From Actinomycetota bacterium (lineage in GTDB: Bacteria; Actinomycetota; Acidimicrobiia; Spongiisociales; ZC4RG35), in assembly GCA_046537785.1 (NCBI GenBank), contig JBKHKD010000015.1, positions 846 to 64,845 of the forward strand: 64,000 nt of DNA, read 5' to 3'. The position numbers and the translations under genes are program-made. Positions 39,048 to 48,114 of this stretch are shown one piece after another (within the stretch, counting starts at the first letter, position 1; each line of letters starts with the position of its first letter). The notes beneath the pieces were generated by a model, which worked only from the letters and a program-made list of their open reading frames with translations, did not search any database and had not been told where the DNA came from.

Positions 39048-39832
39048 CCGCAACGACTCTTCGCATTGTTCGGAAGGCCTCCAGGGTCGGGTTCGAAGAC
39101 GTCAAGGCCCAATACACATGGAAGAGCTGGCTCTTCGGCTGGATCACTCGCGTGGCAGCTCAGATCCTCTTCTTTGCGGCGATGGGTTTGCTCGTCGGCG
39201 GGCCCGAATTCGTCCTTTTCGCCTTTGTCGGGAACGTCTGTGCCATGGCGGCCCTGATGCCTCAGGGTGCCGGGCCGGACACAGCGTGGGAGCGTGGCCT
39301 GGGAACTCTCCCTTTGCTGGTCGCGGCACCCCGCTCGATGCTTCCGGTCTTTGCCGGACGTTGCTCGTTCTACGTCGTCCAGGGTGCTGTCGAGGCCAGC
39401 TTCGTCTTCGCCGTGTTGGCTCCGTTCCTGGGTTTCGCCGGGCACTGGTGGTGGCTGCCGGTCGGTCTTCTCGCACTGAGCCTCGGTTCTTATGGGCTGG
39501 GCTTGTTTCTCGCCTCGATCAGCATCCGAAGACCGCGTATCGGCAACATCGTCTTCAACACCGTCTTCTACACCCTGGTGGCGATCGCCGGTGTCAACGT
39601 GCCAACGGAGGTCTTCCCCGAGGCAGTGCAGCGAGCGGCCACTGTCCTTCCGATGCATCACGGCATTCTCGGAACCAGGTTGCTCCTGGAGGAAGGGCCT
39701 TCCGTAGCTGCTTTCTCCCAGTTGGGCCTGGAGCTGGCGATCGGCGCCGGGTGGTTCGTGCTGGCCATGCTCGGCTTCAGGCTCTTCTCCGAAGGAGGAC
39801 GACGGGATGGGTCGATAGACCTCGCCGAGTGA
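39044..39832 (+). CDS. ABC-2 type permease
   Basis: WERGLGTL, AGVNVP…LPMHHG; ATGA overlap. Confidence 0.85.
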   Translation: MTATTLRIVRKASRVGFEDVKAQYTWKSWLFGWITRVAAQILFFAAMGLLVGGPEFVLFAFVGNVCAMAALMPQGAGPDTAWERGLGTLPLLVAAPRSMLPVFAGRCSFYVVQGAVEASFVFAVLAPFLGFAGHWWWLPVGLLALSLGSYGLGLFLASISIRRPRIGNIVFNTVFYTLVAIAGVNVPTEVFPEAVQRAATVLPMHHGILGTRLLLEEGPSVAAFSQLGLELAIGAGWFVLAMLGFRLFSEGGRRDGSIDLAE

Positions 39833-39837
39833 ATCTG

Positions 39838-40221
39838 CTAGGCGAGACCGCGCGCCTCGAGGAAGGGACCCGACATGCTCCGAGGCACCCGATCCACCCA
39901 ACCCTCGATCATCAGTTCCTCGATCTCATCCGCCCTCGCCTCCTCCAGCCTCACCAGGACCGCCCGGTAGCCGTCGAAGTGTGGAGTCGTGAAATATACG
40001 GCCGGGTCGGCGGCGAGCAAGGCGTCTTTGACATCGAGACTCGGGAGCCAGATGGCCAGAATGTCACCCGATGGTGCATCGCCGCCAAGAGCGGTGATAT
40101 CCGATTTCCGTAGCGGTCGCTCCCACGCCACCAGCTTGCCGCGAACACGCCATTCCCGTCCCCGGGCTTCGATCTCAGGGAGTGTTGCGGCGATCCGGGC
40201 CACCTCGTCCCAGCTCGCCAT
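39838..40221 (-). CDS. MmcQ/YjbR family protein
   Basis: WRVRGKL, YFTTPHFDGY…VLVRL. Confidence 0.85.
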   Translation of the reverse strand: MASWDEVARIAATLPEIEARGREWRVRGKLVAWERPLRKSDITALGGDAPSGDILAIWLPSLDVKDALLAADPAVYFTTPHFDGYRAVLVRLEEARADEIEELMIEGWVDRVPRSMSGPFLEARGLA

Positions 40222-40223
40222 GC

Positions 40224-40967
40224 TCAGGCGAACTTCGTCTTCGGCTTCTCCTCGAGCTCTTCGTCTATGTAGACGTCGACCTTCTCGTTGTAGAAGCTGA
40301 CCAATCCGACGAGTCGATCCGACTCGGGCAGAGGGGTGTCATAGCCCCAGAGAATGTCTTCGTAGGTCTCGCCGTTCACGGTTGCCGACCAATACCGGGC
40401 GGTGCCCTTGTAGGGGCAGGCCGTGCTGGTCTCGGTGGGCGTCATCAGGTCCATGCGGACGTCGGTCTTCGGCATGTAATGCCGGGGAGGGAGACCGGTC
40501 TCATAGAGAAAGGAGGCGTTGGTGGTGTCGGCCACCGTGACACCGTCGATCTCGACGCGTACCCGTCGACTGGAAGGAAGGATGTCGATCCTCGTGTACG
40601 GGTCGCGGGCATGGACGAAAACCTCTTCGTCTTCCTCGAACCAATGGTCCATCGTCTTCCAGACGAAGGCGTAGTGTCCGCCGATCCCGTCGATCTTCGG
40701 GGCTTTGAACGTGTAGGCGGCACCCTCGTAGCCGTTGACCTTCACGGCATACTGGGTCGCCTCGCCCCGGCTGGGGCTGCGACGGGTCTCACCCGTCTCG
40801 ACCAGAAGGTCGGTGCGCACGTCAGACTCGGGGAAGTAGTAGGTGGGGTAGTAGGGGACCTCCCACACAAGCAGGAGGGTGGTGGTGTCTGCGACTATCT
40901 CGCCACCGAGCATCACCCTGACCTGTCGTGTGGAGGGCTCAATCCTCACACGGCCACGGTCACTCAT
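40224..40967 (-). CDS. Tandem DUF427 domain protein
   Basis: YYFPESDV, HARDPYTRID, CPYKGTA. Confidence 0.9.
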   Translation of the reverse strand: MSDRGRVRIEPSTRQVRVMLGGEIVADTTTLLLVWEVPYYPTYYFPESDVRTDLLVETGETRRSPSRGEATQYAVKVNGYEGAAYTFKAPKIDGIGGHYAFVWKTMDHWFEEDEEVFVHARDPYTRIDILPSSRRVRVEIDGVTVADTTNASFLYETGLPPRHYMPKTDVRMDLMTPTETSTACPYKGTARYWSATVNGETYEDILWGYDTPLPESDRLVGLVSFYNEKVDVYIDEELEEKPKTKFA

Positions 40968-41038
40968 GATGTGAACTCCAGGAATTGCGTAACTAGGCCA
41001 ACGCGGGAGCCGGACCACAGATTCCGGATGAGTCAGCA

Positions 41039-41155
41039 AACCTCAGGTAGTGGGTTCCAAATGCGGAACTAAGCGCCTCGAGAAACACGCGAGACGATCG
41101 GTTCCACGTTTCTCGAGGCTGTGGGTTCCACATGTGAGCCGTACAACCTGAGGTT
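41039..41155. repeat. 117-bp palindromic intergenic element, copy 2
   Basis: AACCTCAGGTAGTGGG…GAGCCGTACAACCTGAGGTT; same length as 5691..5807. Confidence 0.85.
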
Positions 41156-41163
41156 CAGGTTCG

Positions 41164-42189
41164 TCAGTAGACGACGATGGTTTCGAGGGAGCCCTCGATG
41201 GCCATTTTCCGGGCACCCCAATACTCGCCGAACCTCGAGGTGAGCGACTCCGGCTTCTCTGCGTATACCCGTCGCCCCAGGATCTCCGAGGCGATCTGGA
41301 GCTCGCTGCGCCGCTGCCGTGCCAGGGCCCGGAACAGCGACCGCTCCCGGGGGTTGGGGCACAGATCGGCACGGTCGTCCAGGAGCTTCATCAACTCGGC
41401 CAGATCGTGGTCCTCGCCGAGGATGTTTCCGAGCCGCTCAAGCGTCATTGCCGTCCCGACCACGACCTCGGGCCAGAGCGGAGCGAGGAACTCCATCTGG
41501 TGCCTCAGGTCCTTGACGCGCTTCCTCCACTCGTGGAAATTCCCTGAGCCGTTGCGCTCGTAGGCGCGCACCATGTTTTGGCGGCCGTTGCTGTAGGTGG
41601 CAGAGAGCCCGGGGTCGAGAGCGTCGAAAGAGTCGCGTATACCCAGCCCGTATACCTCTCTGGCTTCGGGGTCGGTCGGCCAGGACCCGTACCGGTGATA
41701 TGCCCTCTCCAGGCCACGGACCACCCGGCCTATCAAATTGGGATCCTCCACGGCCTCGAGTTCGATCAGGTCACGTCGTCGAGTGAGGCGGTGGAGCAGC
41801 TCCGAGAAGGTGCCCTCGGCAAGAAACTCCCCATAGAGGCTCTGGATTGATACTGCAGCGTCAAGTACTCCGCGCGCGGAGCGGATCCGGGACACCAGTC
41901 GCGCGGTGTCCCGTAGCGACCGGTTCTCGAACTCGTAGATCCGCTCCGGAAGCTCACCGCGAACCAAACGCAGCAGGGCACGGACTCGCTTTATCGACTT
42001 CCGTGACTCATGAACTGCTCCTCCGAGGCCATCCTGGACGTCGAAGAACTGGCCGGCGGCGAACTCGAGTTGCTCCATGGTCACCCGCTTGATCCCCTCG
42101 CCCAGGGGCTCTGACTCACCGAGTTGGAGTCTGGTGTCGAACGCCGCCAGGTCCTGGTCGCCCGGCTTAGAGGTGGCCAAAACGGTCAC
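41164..42189 (-). CDS. CHAD domain (polyphosphate-binding) protein
   Basis: VHESRKSIKRVR, FHEWRKRVKDLR, LGEDHD; start approximate. Confidence 0.88.
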   Translation of the reverse strand: MTVLATSKPGDQDLAAFDTRLQLGESEPLGEGIKRVTMEQLEFAAGQFFDVQDGLGGAVHESRKSIKRVRALLRLVRGELPERIYEFENRSLRDTARLVSRIRSARGVLDAAVSIQSLYGEFLAEGTFSELLHRLTRRRDLIELEAVEDPNLIGRVVRGLERAYHRYGSWPTDPEAREVYGLGIRDSFDALDPGLSATYSNGRQNMVRAYERNGSGNFHEWRKRVKDLRHQMEFLAPLWPEVVVGTAMTLERLGNILGEDHDLAELMKLLDDRADLCPNPRERSLFRALARQRRSELQIASEILGRRVYAEKPESLTSRFGEYWGARKMAIEGSLETIVVY

Positions 42190-42213
42190 GGAGCCAGCGT
42201 AATCTCGGGGGTC

Positions 42214-42672
42214 ATGAGATCCGCGGGTCTTCTCCCATACCGTTTCGGCCAAGAGTTGGAGGTCCTGGTAGCCCACCCCGGCGGACCCTGGTTCGCAAAA
42301 CGCGACGCCGGGGCCTGGTCTCTGGTCAAGGGGCTGGTCAAGGACGACGAGAGCGACGAGGAGGCAGCCTCGAGAGAGTTCGAGGAGGAGACGGGATGGC
42401 CCCCACCGACGACCGGATGGATACCTCTCGGGGAGACGACTCTGAAGTCGCGGAAGGTGGTGATCGCCTGGGCCGTGGAGAACGACTTCGACCTGGAGAC
42501 TTTCGACCCGGGAACCTTCACCCTTCACGGCAGGGAATACCCGGAGATCGACCGGGTTGTCTGGATGACGCCGGACGAAGCCGGCATGAAGCTCAACCCG
42601 GCACAAACTGTCTTCGTCGATCGACTAATCGAGTATCTCGGTTTGAATGGGTATGAGGAGGTTCTGCCATGA
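42214..42672 (+). CDS. NUDIX hydrolase
   Basis: SAGLL, HPGGP, Nudix box KG…[16 protein letters not shown]. Confidence 0.9.
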   Translation: MRSAGLLPYRFGQELEVLVAHPGGPWFAKRDAGAWSLVKGLVKDDESDEEAASREFEEETGWPPPTTGWIPLGETTLKSRKVVIAWAVENDFDLETFDPGTFTLHGREYPEIDRVVWMTPDEAGMKLNPAQTVFVDRLIEYLGLNGYEEVLP

Positions 42673-43070
42673 GTGACCTGCCGAAGACAGAGGCAGAGTG
42701 GAAAGAGAAGCTGACCCCCGAGCAGTATCAGGTGCTGCGGCAGGGTGGAACGGAACGCGCCTTCACCGGCGAGTACTGGGACACCAAGTCCGAAGGCGTC
42801 TACCGCTGCGCCGGTTGTGGTGAGAAGCTGTTCTCCTCCGACACCAAATTCGAATCACACAGCGGCTGGCCCAGCTTCTTCAAGCCGGTTGCCGACGACA
42901 TGATCGAAGAGGAGGTCGACCGCTCCTACGGGATGGTCCGCACCGAGATCAAGTGCGCCAACTGTGGAGGGCATCTGGGCCACGTGTTCGACGATGGCCC
43001 GAAGCCGACCGGTCTGCGCTATTGCGTGAACTCGGCATCGCTGGACCTGGAAGAGACCGAAGCCGACTGA
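42669..43070 (+). CDS. msrB: Peptide methionine sulfoxide reductase B
   Basis: GTERAF, GWPSF, HLGHVF, RYCVNS, two CxxC motifs. Confidence 0.97.
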   Translation: MSDLPKTEAEWKEKLTPEQYQVLRQGGTERAFTGEYWDTKSEGVYRCAGCGEKLFSSDTKFESHSGWPSFFKPVADDMIEEEVDRSYGMVRTEIKCANCGGHLGHVFDDGPKPTGLRYCVNSASLDLEETEAD

Positions 43071-43097
43071 ACGGTCAGCCGCTCCGTCGACATGGAA

Positions 43098-43688
43098 TCA
43101 GCCCCGGGATCGGCGGACCTCATCGATCACGGCCACCAGGGCATCGTCGTGGGGCGTCGTCGGGATGGCGGACAGCCGGATCCGCCGCTCCACCATTCCG
43201 TCAGAGACCAGCGGGGCGATCTCGAAGTCACTGATCATGCTCATGACCGCCTCGTTGTCGGCGCGAGTCTCGAAGGCGAGCTCATGGATTCCGTCCGCCC
43301 TCGCCACCGCCGCCAGAGCGGCAAATAGGGCGCTACCGATACCCCGGCGCTGCATGGCGTCGAGAACGGTCACCGCCACCTCCGCCGTGGTGCCGTCGTC
43401 CTGGACGATGTAGCGGCCCACCCCCGCAGCCTCTTCCTCGATGGCGGCGCCCCAGGCCACATGACTTCGCTGGTCGACATCGGTCAGGTAGTGGAGTTCC
43501 TGCTCACTGAGGCTGCCCACACCCTGGCCAAACCGTGCGAAACGGCTCTCCAGCGAGAGCTCCTCGATGCCCTCCTCGAACAGCTCCTTGTCGGTCTTGA
43601 TGATCGGGCTCAACGTGAGAATCACCCCGTCCTTTATGGGCATCTCGTGCTTGGGCCGATCCGCAGGAATGACGATTCTCATCAGCAT
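43098..43688 (-). CDS. GNAT family N-acetyltransferase
   Basis: AEVAVTVLDAMQRRGIG acetyl-CoA motif. Confidence 0.85.
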   Translation of the reverse strand: MLMRIVIPADRPKHEMPIKDGVILTLSPIIKTDKELFEEGIEELSLESRFARFGQGVGSLSEQELHYLTDVDQRSHVAWGAAIEEEAAGVGRYIVQDDGTTAEVAVTVLDAMQRRGIGSALFAALAAVARADGIHELAFETRADNEAVMSMISDFEIAPLVSDGMVERRIRLSAIPTTPHDDALVAVIDEVRRSRG

Positions 43689-43751
43689 CCCCAATACAAG
43701 CGGCTGACTGATCCCAGGGCACATCGGTTTGTGACGGTAACTTCAGACGCG

Positions 43752-44672
43752 ATGACACGGCGCCGGCTGGCAACAGCCACATCCGATTTCGGGTCGGGTA
43801 AACGCGAGTCCCACGACTCGACCTCGTTCTACGAGCGGTTCACGCCACCTGTCATCTCCGGCGACGAACGGGTCGAGAAGCCAGTGGTCGTTGACCAGCT
43901 CTTCAAGGGCGACGCCCGGCTCATGACCGACAACCAGGTGGCGGACCGGTCAGTAGCGCTGTTGATCACCTCGCCCCCCTACTTCACGGGGAAAGAGTAT
44001 GAGAAGGACATGGCGGCGGGTCATGTCCCCTCGAGCTACGTCGAGTACCTGGAGATGGTCCACGACGTGCTCTCGGCGTGCCTGGTCAAGCTGGAGCCCG
44101 GGGGGAGAATGGCGGTCAACGTGGCCAATCTCGGCCGAAAGCCGTACCGATCACTCTCCGCCGACGTCATTTCGATTCTCCAGGACGACCTCGGGATGCT
44201 GCTCCGGGGTGAGGTGATCTGGCAGAAAGCAAAAGGCGCGGGGGGCAGCTGCGCCTGGGGCTCCTACCGCTCACCGCAGAACCCGGTCCTGCGTGACGTC
44301 ACTGAGAGGGTGATCATCGCTTCAAAGGGACGGTTCGACCGGGCGATCAAGCGACCGCTGCGGGAGGAGAGAGGACTGCCCCACCAACCCTCCATCGAGA
44401 CTGACGAGTTTCTCGAGGCCACGATCGATGTGTGGCAAATGCCGCCGGCGAGCGCAACCAGGATCGGCCACCCGGCCCCATTCCCCCTCGAGCTGCCCCG
44501 ACGCCTTATCGAGCTGTACACCTACGAAGACGACCTCGTCCTCGATCCGTTCATGGGGTCGGGCACCACCGCGGTGGCCGCCGTCGAGGCCGGACGTCAC
44601 TACGTCGGGTTCGACACCGAACCGGCCTACATTGAACTGGCGAAGCAACGCATAGCGGAGGCCCGTAGGTGA
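43752..44672 (+). CDS. Orphan beta-class DNA amino-methyltransferase (probably m4C)
   Basis: Motif IV TSPPY precedes HPAPFP and motif I DPFMGSGTT. Confidence 0.9.
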   Translation: MTRRRLATATSDFGSGKRESHDSTSFYERFTPPVISGDERVEKPVVVDQLFKGDARLMTDNQVADRSVALLITSPPYFTGKEYEKDMAAGHVPSSYVEYLEMVHDVLSACLVKLEPGGRMAVNVANLGRKPYRSLSADVISILQDDLGMLLRGEVIWQKAKGAGGSCAWGSYRSPQNPVLRDVTERVIIASKGRFDRAIKRPLREERGLPHQPSIETDEFLEATIDVWQMPPASATRIGHPAPFPLELPRRLIELYTYEDDLVLDPFMGSGTTAVAAVEAGRHYVGFDTEPAYIELAKQRIAEARR

Positions 44673-45160
44673 CAACCCGCATCCTCACGGTATGCGCCGG
44701 GAACATATGCAGATCCCCAGCCGCGGAGGCGGCGATCCGGGAGGCCGCCGACCGCGCCCGGCTCGACGTCGAGGTCGACTCCGCTGGGACCGGGTCGTGG
44801 AGCATCGGCGATCCGCCCCACCCCCAGTCCGTGGCCGCAGGAGCCCGCGCCGGGTTGGAGATCCATGGCCGCGCCCGGAAGATGAACAGCTCCGACTTCG
44901 ACCGATTCGACATCATCGTGGTCATGGACAGGGCCAACCTTCGCGACGTCCTCGAAATGGCTCCCTCTCTCGAGGACCGCGCCAAGGTGCGACTGTTTCG
45001 GACTTACGACCCGCACACCACGTCGGAGGAAGTACCGGATCCGTATGGCGGCCCCGACGAGGGCTACGACACCACCATCGAGCAGGTGATGACAGCGGCC
45101 CGTGGCCTGGTGGACTCGCTCCTCTCAGGAGGCGTGGAGAATTCGATAGCCGTCGAGTAG
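44669..45160 (+). CDS. Low-molecular-weight protein tyrosine phosphatase
   Basis: VCAGNICRSP P-loop, DSAG, DPY. Confidence 0.93.
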   Translation: MTTRILTVCAGNICRSPAAEAAIREAADRARLDVEVDSAGTGSWSIGDPPHPQSVAAGARAGLEIHGRARKMNSSDFDRFDIIVVMDRANLRDVLEMAPSLEDRAKVRLFRTYDPHTTSEEVPDPYGGPDEGYDTTIEQVMTAARGLVDSLLSGGVENSIAVE

Positions 45161-45844
45161 GAAGTCCAGCCCGACAGCAACCGGGTCTTCCGCCCCGACC
45201 AGCTCCGAATACCCCAGGAGCGAACCCTTGAAAGAGCCGGAGTTCCAATAGGGATCGGCTTCGTCGAACTCGCCCCACGGAGCCACATATAGGTACGGCT
45301 CCTGTTGTCCGGCGTCACCGGGCGAGGCGCCGTAGCTGGCGCGGCGACCCTCGTCCTGACTGCCCAGCTCGGTGGCGGGGTCGAAGTGCTCGGGCCAGAG
45401 CTGGACCTCGGTGACGTCATCGTCGGCGCTGCCGTGACCGCGTAGACGTTCCAGGACGTCAGTGCCGAAGTTGAACCACTGACCAAGGGCACGCGCCGCG
45501 GTGTCGTCTACCGCCAGCGGAACGTCGGGGTCCACCGGCTTCAGAGGATCGTGGAAGTCAGTAAACCATTCGACCTCGTATTCGATGCCAACGAACTCAG
45601 CGGCTGCGCGGACCGTGGTGATCGTCTGCGTGGCGACCTTCTCGGTTTCCTCAGCCACGATGCTGTCACCCTCGACCCTGACGATTCGGCCGTCGAAGCT
45701 CGGTGTCCCGAATCCCCCGGGAGCGGCCCGTAGACCCATCCGACCTTCCGCCTTGTACCGGACCGGCCCGAGAACGAAGAAGGCGATCTGGTGGAGGGAG
45801 TTTCTCGTTTCGACGTATGGCTCCGGAAGTGGATGGAGGTTCAC
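45125..45844 (-). CDS. Conserved hypothetical protein
   Basis: QLWPEHFD…GASPGD…EPYLYV motif seen in actinobacterial hypothetical proteins. Confidence 0.75.
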   Translation of the reverse strand: MNLHPLPEPYVETRNSLHQIAFFVLGPVRYKAEGRMGLRAAPGGFGTPSFDGRIVRVEGDSIVAEETEKVATQTITTVRAAAEFVGIEYEVEWFTDFHDPLKPVDPDVPLAVDDTAARALGQWFNFGTDVLERLRGHGSADDDVTEVQLWPEHFDPATELGSQDEGRRASYGASPGDAGQQEPYLYVAPWGEFDEADPYWNSGSFKGSLLGYSELVGAEDPVAVGLDFLLDGYRILHAS

Positions 45845-46356
45845 GCAGCGGGATCCTGATCGGAGGTGGGTTTGCGCCAGAACATTGCCGCCTGACCGAC
45901 ACCGGCGAGGAGCCCAAGGGCGATGATCCCGGCACCGACGAAACCGTCGAGACTGGTGTCGATCCCTAGCGCGGCGTCGAGAGACACACTGCGAGGACCG
46001 ATCATGGCGAGGACCAACGCCGCGACTGCGAGGGTCGCCACGTACTCGTAGCCCTCATCGGGCCTGTGGAAGACAAAGAACCCGGCAAAGCGGTGGACGG
46101 ACCAGAACGCGAGCAGCATAGTTGCCACCACGGCCGCGGCGGCTATCGACGTCAGCAGGCCCACGAGCAGGCCGAGTCCCACCGCGATCTCACTGAGTGC
46201 CGACAGTCGGGCGTTCAGCTGCGGTGACTTGAAGCCCTTCTTCTCGAACCACTGCGCGGTGCCCTCCTGGCTGCGAGCGTGATTGACCCCGTGGGCCAGC
46301 ATCACTATCCCAAGCCAGACCCGCAGCACCAGCATCGCCACATCTATCTCGTTCAC
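45841..46356 (-). CDS. DoxX family membrane protein
   Basis: LRVWLG…AHG, EIAVG, GYEY, GPRSVSLD; SD GGGAGG. Confidence 0.88.
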   Translation of the reverse strand: MNEIDVAMLVLRVWLGIVMLAHGVNHARSQEGTAQWFEKKGFKSPQLNARLSALSEIAVGLGLLVGLLTSIAAAAVVATMLLAFWSVHRFAGFFVFHRPDEGYEYVATLAVAALVLAMIGPRSVSLDAALGIDTSLDGFVGAGIIALGLLAGVGQAAMFWRKPTSDQDPAA

Positions 46357-46409
46357 TCAGACCTCCCTATTGCTGCGGAGCATATTCCGCCGAGAGTGTC
46401 GGACAACGG

Positions 46410-47477
46410 TCAGCCATCATTCATTCGGTTGTACCGCCACACGATCAAGCCCACACCGGCCGCCGCCATGACCGCCCCGGCGATTATTCCACCCGGCCGG
46501 AGGATCTCACCTGCAGCAGAGGTTTCCGCGGCGACCGGGAGGGTGCTGGTGGGCGAGACCGCCGTCGTCGTCGACGACGCCACCGCAGCCTGAGCCGAAG
46601 AGGTAGACGACGACGGCGCAGACGACGTGGTTGTCGAGGACGGTGGCGAGGTGGAGGTGGGGGTGGTGGTAGTTGTAGTCGTGGGGGCGGTGGTCGTTGT
46701 GGTCGTCGAGGTGGAAGGGGTCGTCGTCGTGGAAGTGGAAGTGGTAGTCGTCGATGACGTCGGAGAGGGCGATGGCGAGCCACCACTTCGGACCGATTCG
46801 ACATCTGCCGTTAGGGAGCCGACCACATAGGCGTTGAGGTTGTCTCCGGGACAGGTGGTCCGGCTCATGGTTCGGTGTCCCGTGATCGTCGGCGTGGTCA
46901 CCGAATCCCCTTGCGGATGTAAGTTGGAGCCCCGCGACGTGAATGTGACCTCCGCTCCCGGTGCGGTGGAGATGTCATATCGATCGGCCAACCAGGCCAA
47001 CAGCCACACGAGCGACGACAGCGAGGCCTGGCTCGGTTGGGCGGTGTTGTAGTCGCCGATGATGCACACGAGCTGGCTGAATCCCTGGTTCCCGCCGGTG
47101 GCGTCCCCTGCTACCGGACCGTCGAGACTGCCGGCTCTTCCTTCCCAGATCCCCCCATCAGCATCGATCAGGAAGTTGTAGGCAATGTCATTCCATCCCT
47201 TCTCCGCGCTGGTGTGATAGTCGTAGAAGCTTCTGAGGATTCCGGGAGCGTCGGCGCCGCTGTGACCGTTGCGGGAGGCGGAGTGGTGGACGATGAGGAA
47301 CCTCACGTCCTCTGCATCCAGTGGACCCAGTGGAGGCCGATTCGTTGCCCATGACTCCCTGGGGTTGATGGTGGCCGCCCGGGAAGGAATCGCCAGGCCG
47401 CTGCCGGCGAAGGCAAGGCCTGCTGCGGCTCCAAATAGCTGCCGACGGGTAAGTGCTCGTGGGGACAAGACGCCCAA
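46410..47477 (-). CDS. Tat-exported N-acetylmuramoyl-L-alanine amidase (Amidase_2) with C-terminal anchor
   Basis: TRRQLF twin-arginine signal, VHHS, GWNDIAYNF, GHR, TCPG, Ser/Thr linker, TM tail. Confidence 0.88.
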   Translation of the reverse strand: MGVLSPRALTRRQLFGAAAGLAFAGSGLAIPSRAATINPRESWATNRPPLGPLDAEDVRFLIVHHSASRNGHSGADAPGILRSFYDYHTSAEKGWNDIAYNFLIDADGGIWEGRAGSLDGPVAGDATGGNQGFSQLVCIIGDYNTAQPSQASLSSLVWLLAWLADRYDISTAPGAEVTFTSRGSNLHPQGDSVTTPTITGHRTMSRTTCPGDNLNAYVVGSLTADVESVRSGGSPSPSPTSSTTTTSTSTTTTPSTSTTTTTTAPTTTTTTTPTSTSPPSSTTTSSAPSSSTSSAQAAVASSTTTAVSPTSTLPVAAETSAAGEILRPGGIIAGAVMAAAGVGLIVWRYNRMNDG

Positions 47478-47518
47478 ACCCTATTATTCGATCCGGTCTT
47501 GTCTACGGTTCCTCTTTC

Positions 47519-47950
47519 ATGAGCAGTTGGACCGAGGGTGCACTCGCCCTCATCGTCGTCGTGGGTCTCGGCATCGCGCTGTTCCTGTTCACGGGACAGG
47601 AACTCGCTGACAGTGCCGGAGGCAGCGACACGACAGAAACGATCACCGTCGACCCCGAGGCCGCCTCGAGAGGCGAGGTGCTGGCAGAGGGTCAGGGGTG
47701 TCTCCAGTGTCACACCACCGACGGCACCTCTGCCTCCGGTCCGACCTGGAAAGGATTGGCCGGGTCGACGAGACCTCTCGAGAGCGGTGAGGAGGTCGTG
47801 GCCGACGAGGCCTATCTGTTCAGCTCCATAGTCGACCCCAACTCCCAGGTGGTGGAGGGGTACGAGGCGAACATGCCCACGTTCTACTCCGACCAACTCG
47901 ACGAGCAACAGATCATCGACCTCGTGGAGTACATCAAGAGTCTCGGCTGA
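47519..47950 (+). CDS. Membrane-anchored monoheme cytochrome c
   Basis: N-terminal TM, CLQCH, GPTWKG, ANMP axial Met. Confidence 0.9.
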   Translation: MSSWTEGALALIVVVGLGIALFLFTGQELADSAGGSDTTETITVDPEAASRGEVLAEGQGCLQCHTTDGTSASGPTWKGLAGSTRPLESGEEVVADEAYLFSSIVDPNSQVVEGYEANMPTFYSDQLDEQQIIDLVEYIKSLG

Positions 47951-48042
47951 CGCAGCGCGCGCCCCGGATCGCTTCACAGGTCAAGAAATCGTCGAAATCG
48001 GGAATCAAACACCCCAATCGGTGCGTTGGCACATGTGCGAAA

Positions 48043-48087
48043 GTTGATACAACCAGACTCAGGTTGTACACTCCATAGAGACTCAAG
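48043..48087 (+). promoter_or_regulatory. HspR operator (HAIR-like) upstream of dnaK
   Basis: GTTGATA-N7-ACTCAGG (48043-48063) plus half-site ACTCAAG (48081-48087); HAIR consensus is CTTGAGT-N7-ACTCAAG. Confidence 0.75.
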
Positions 48088-48114
48088 CACGAAACCGGAA
48101 GGAATCCAAAGAAT

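Noticed and set aside
43752-44672. Restriction-modification or defence island
   Set aside because: No nuclease or other defence gene is adjacent; the flanks are a GNAT and an LMW-PTP.
46560-46760. Tandem GTC/GTG-rich repeats, also near 9570-9710 and 16500-16590
   Set aside because: They encode Thr/Ser/Pro linkers of secreted proteins; not CRISPR or non-coding repeats.
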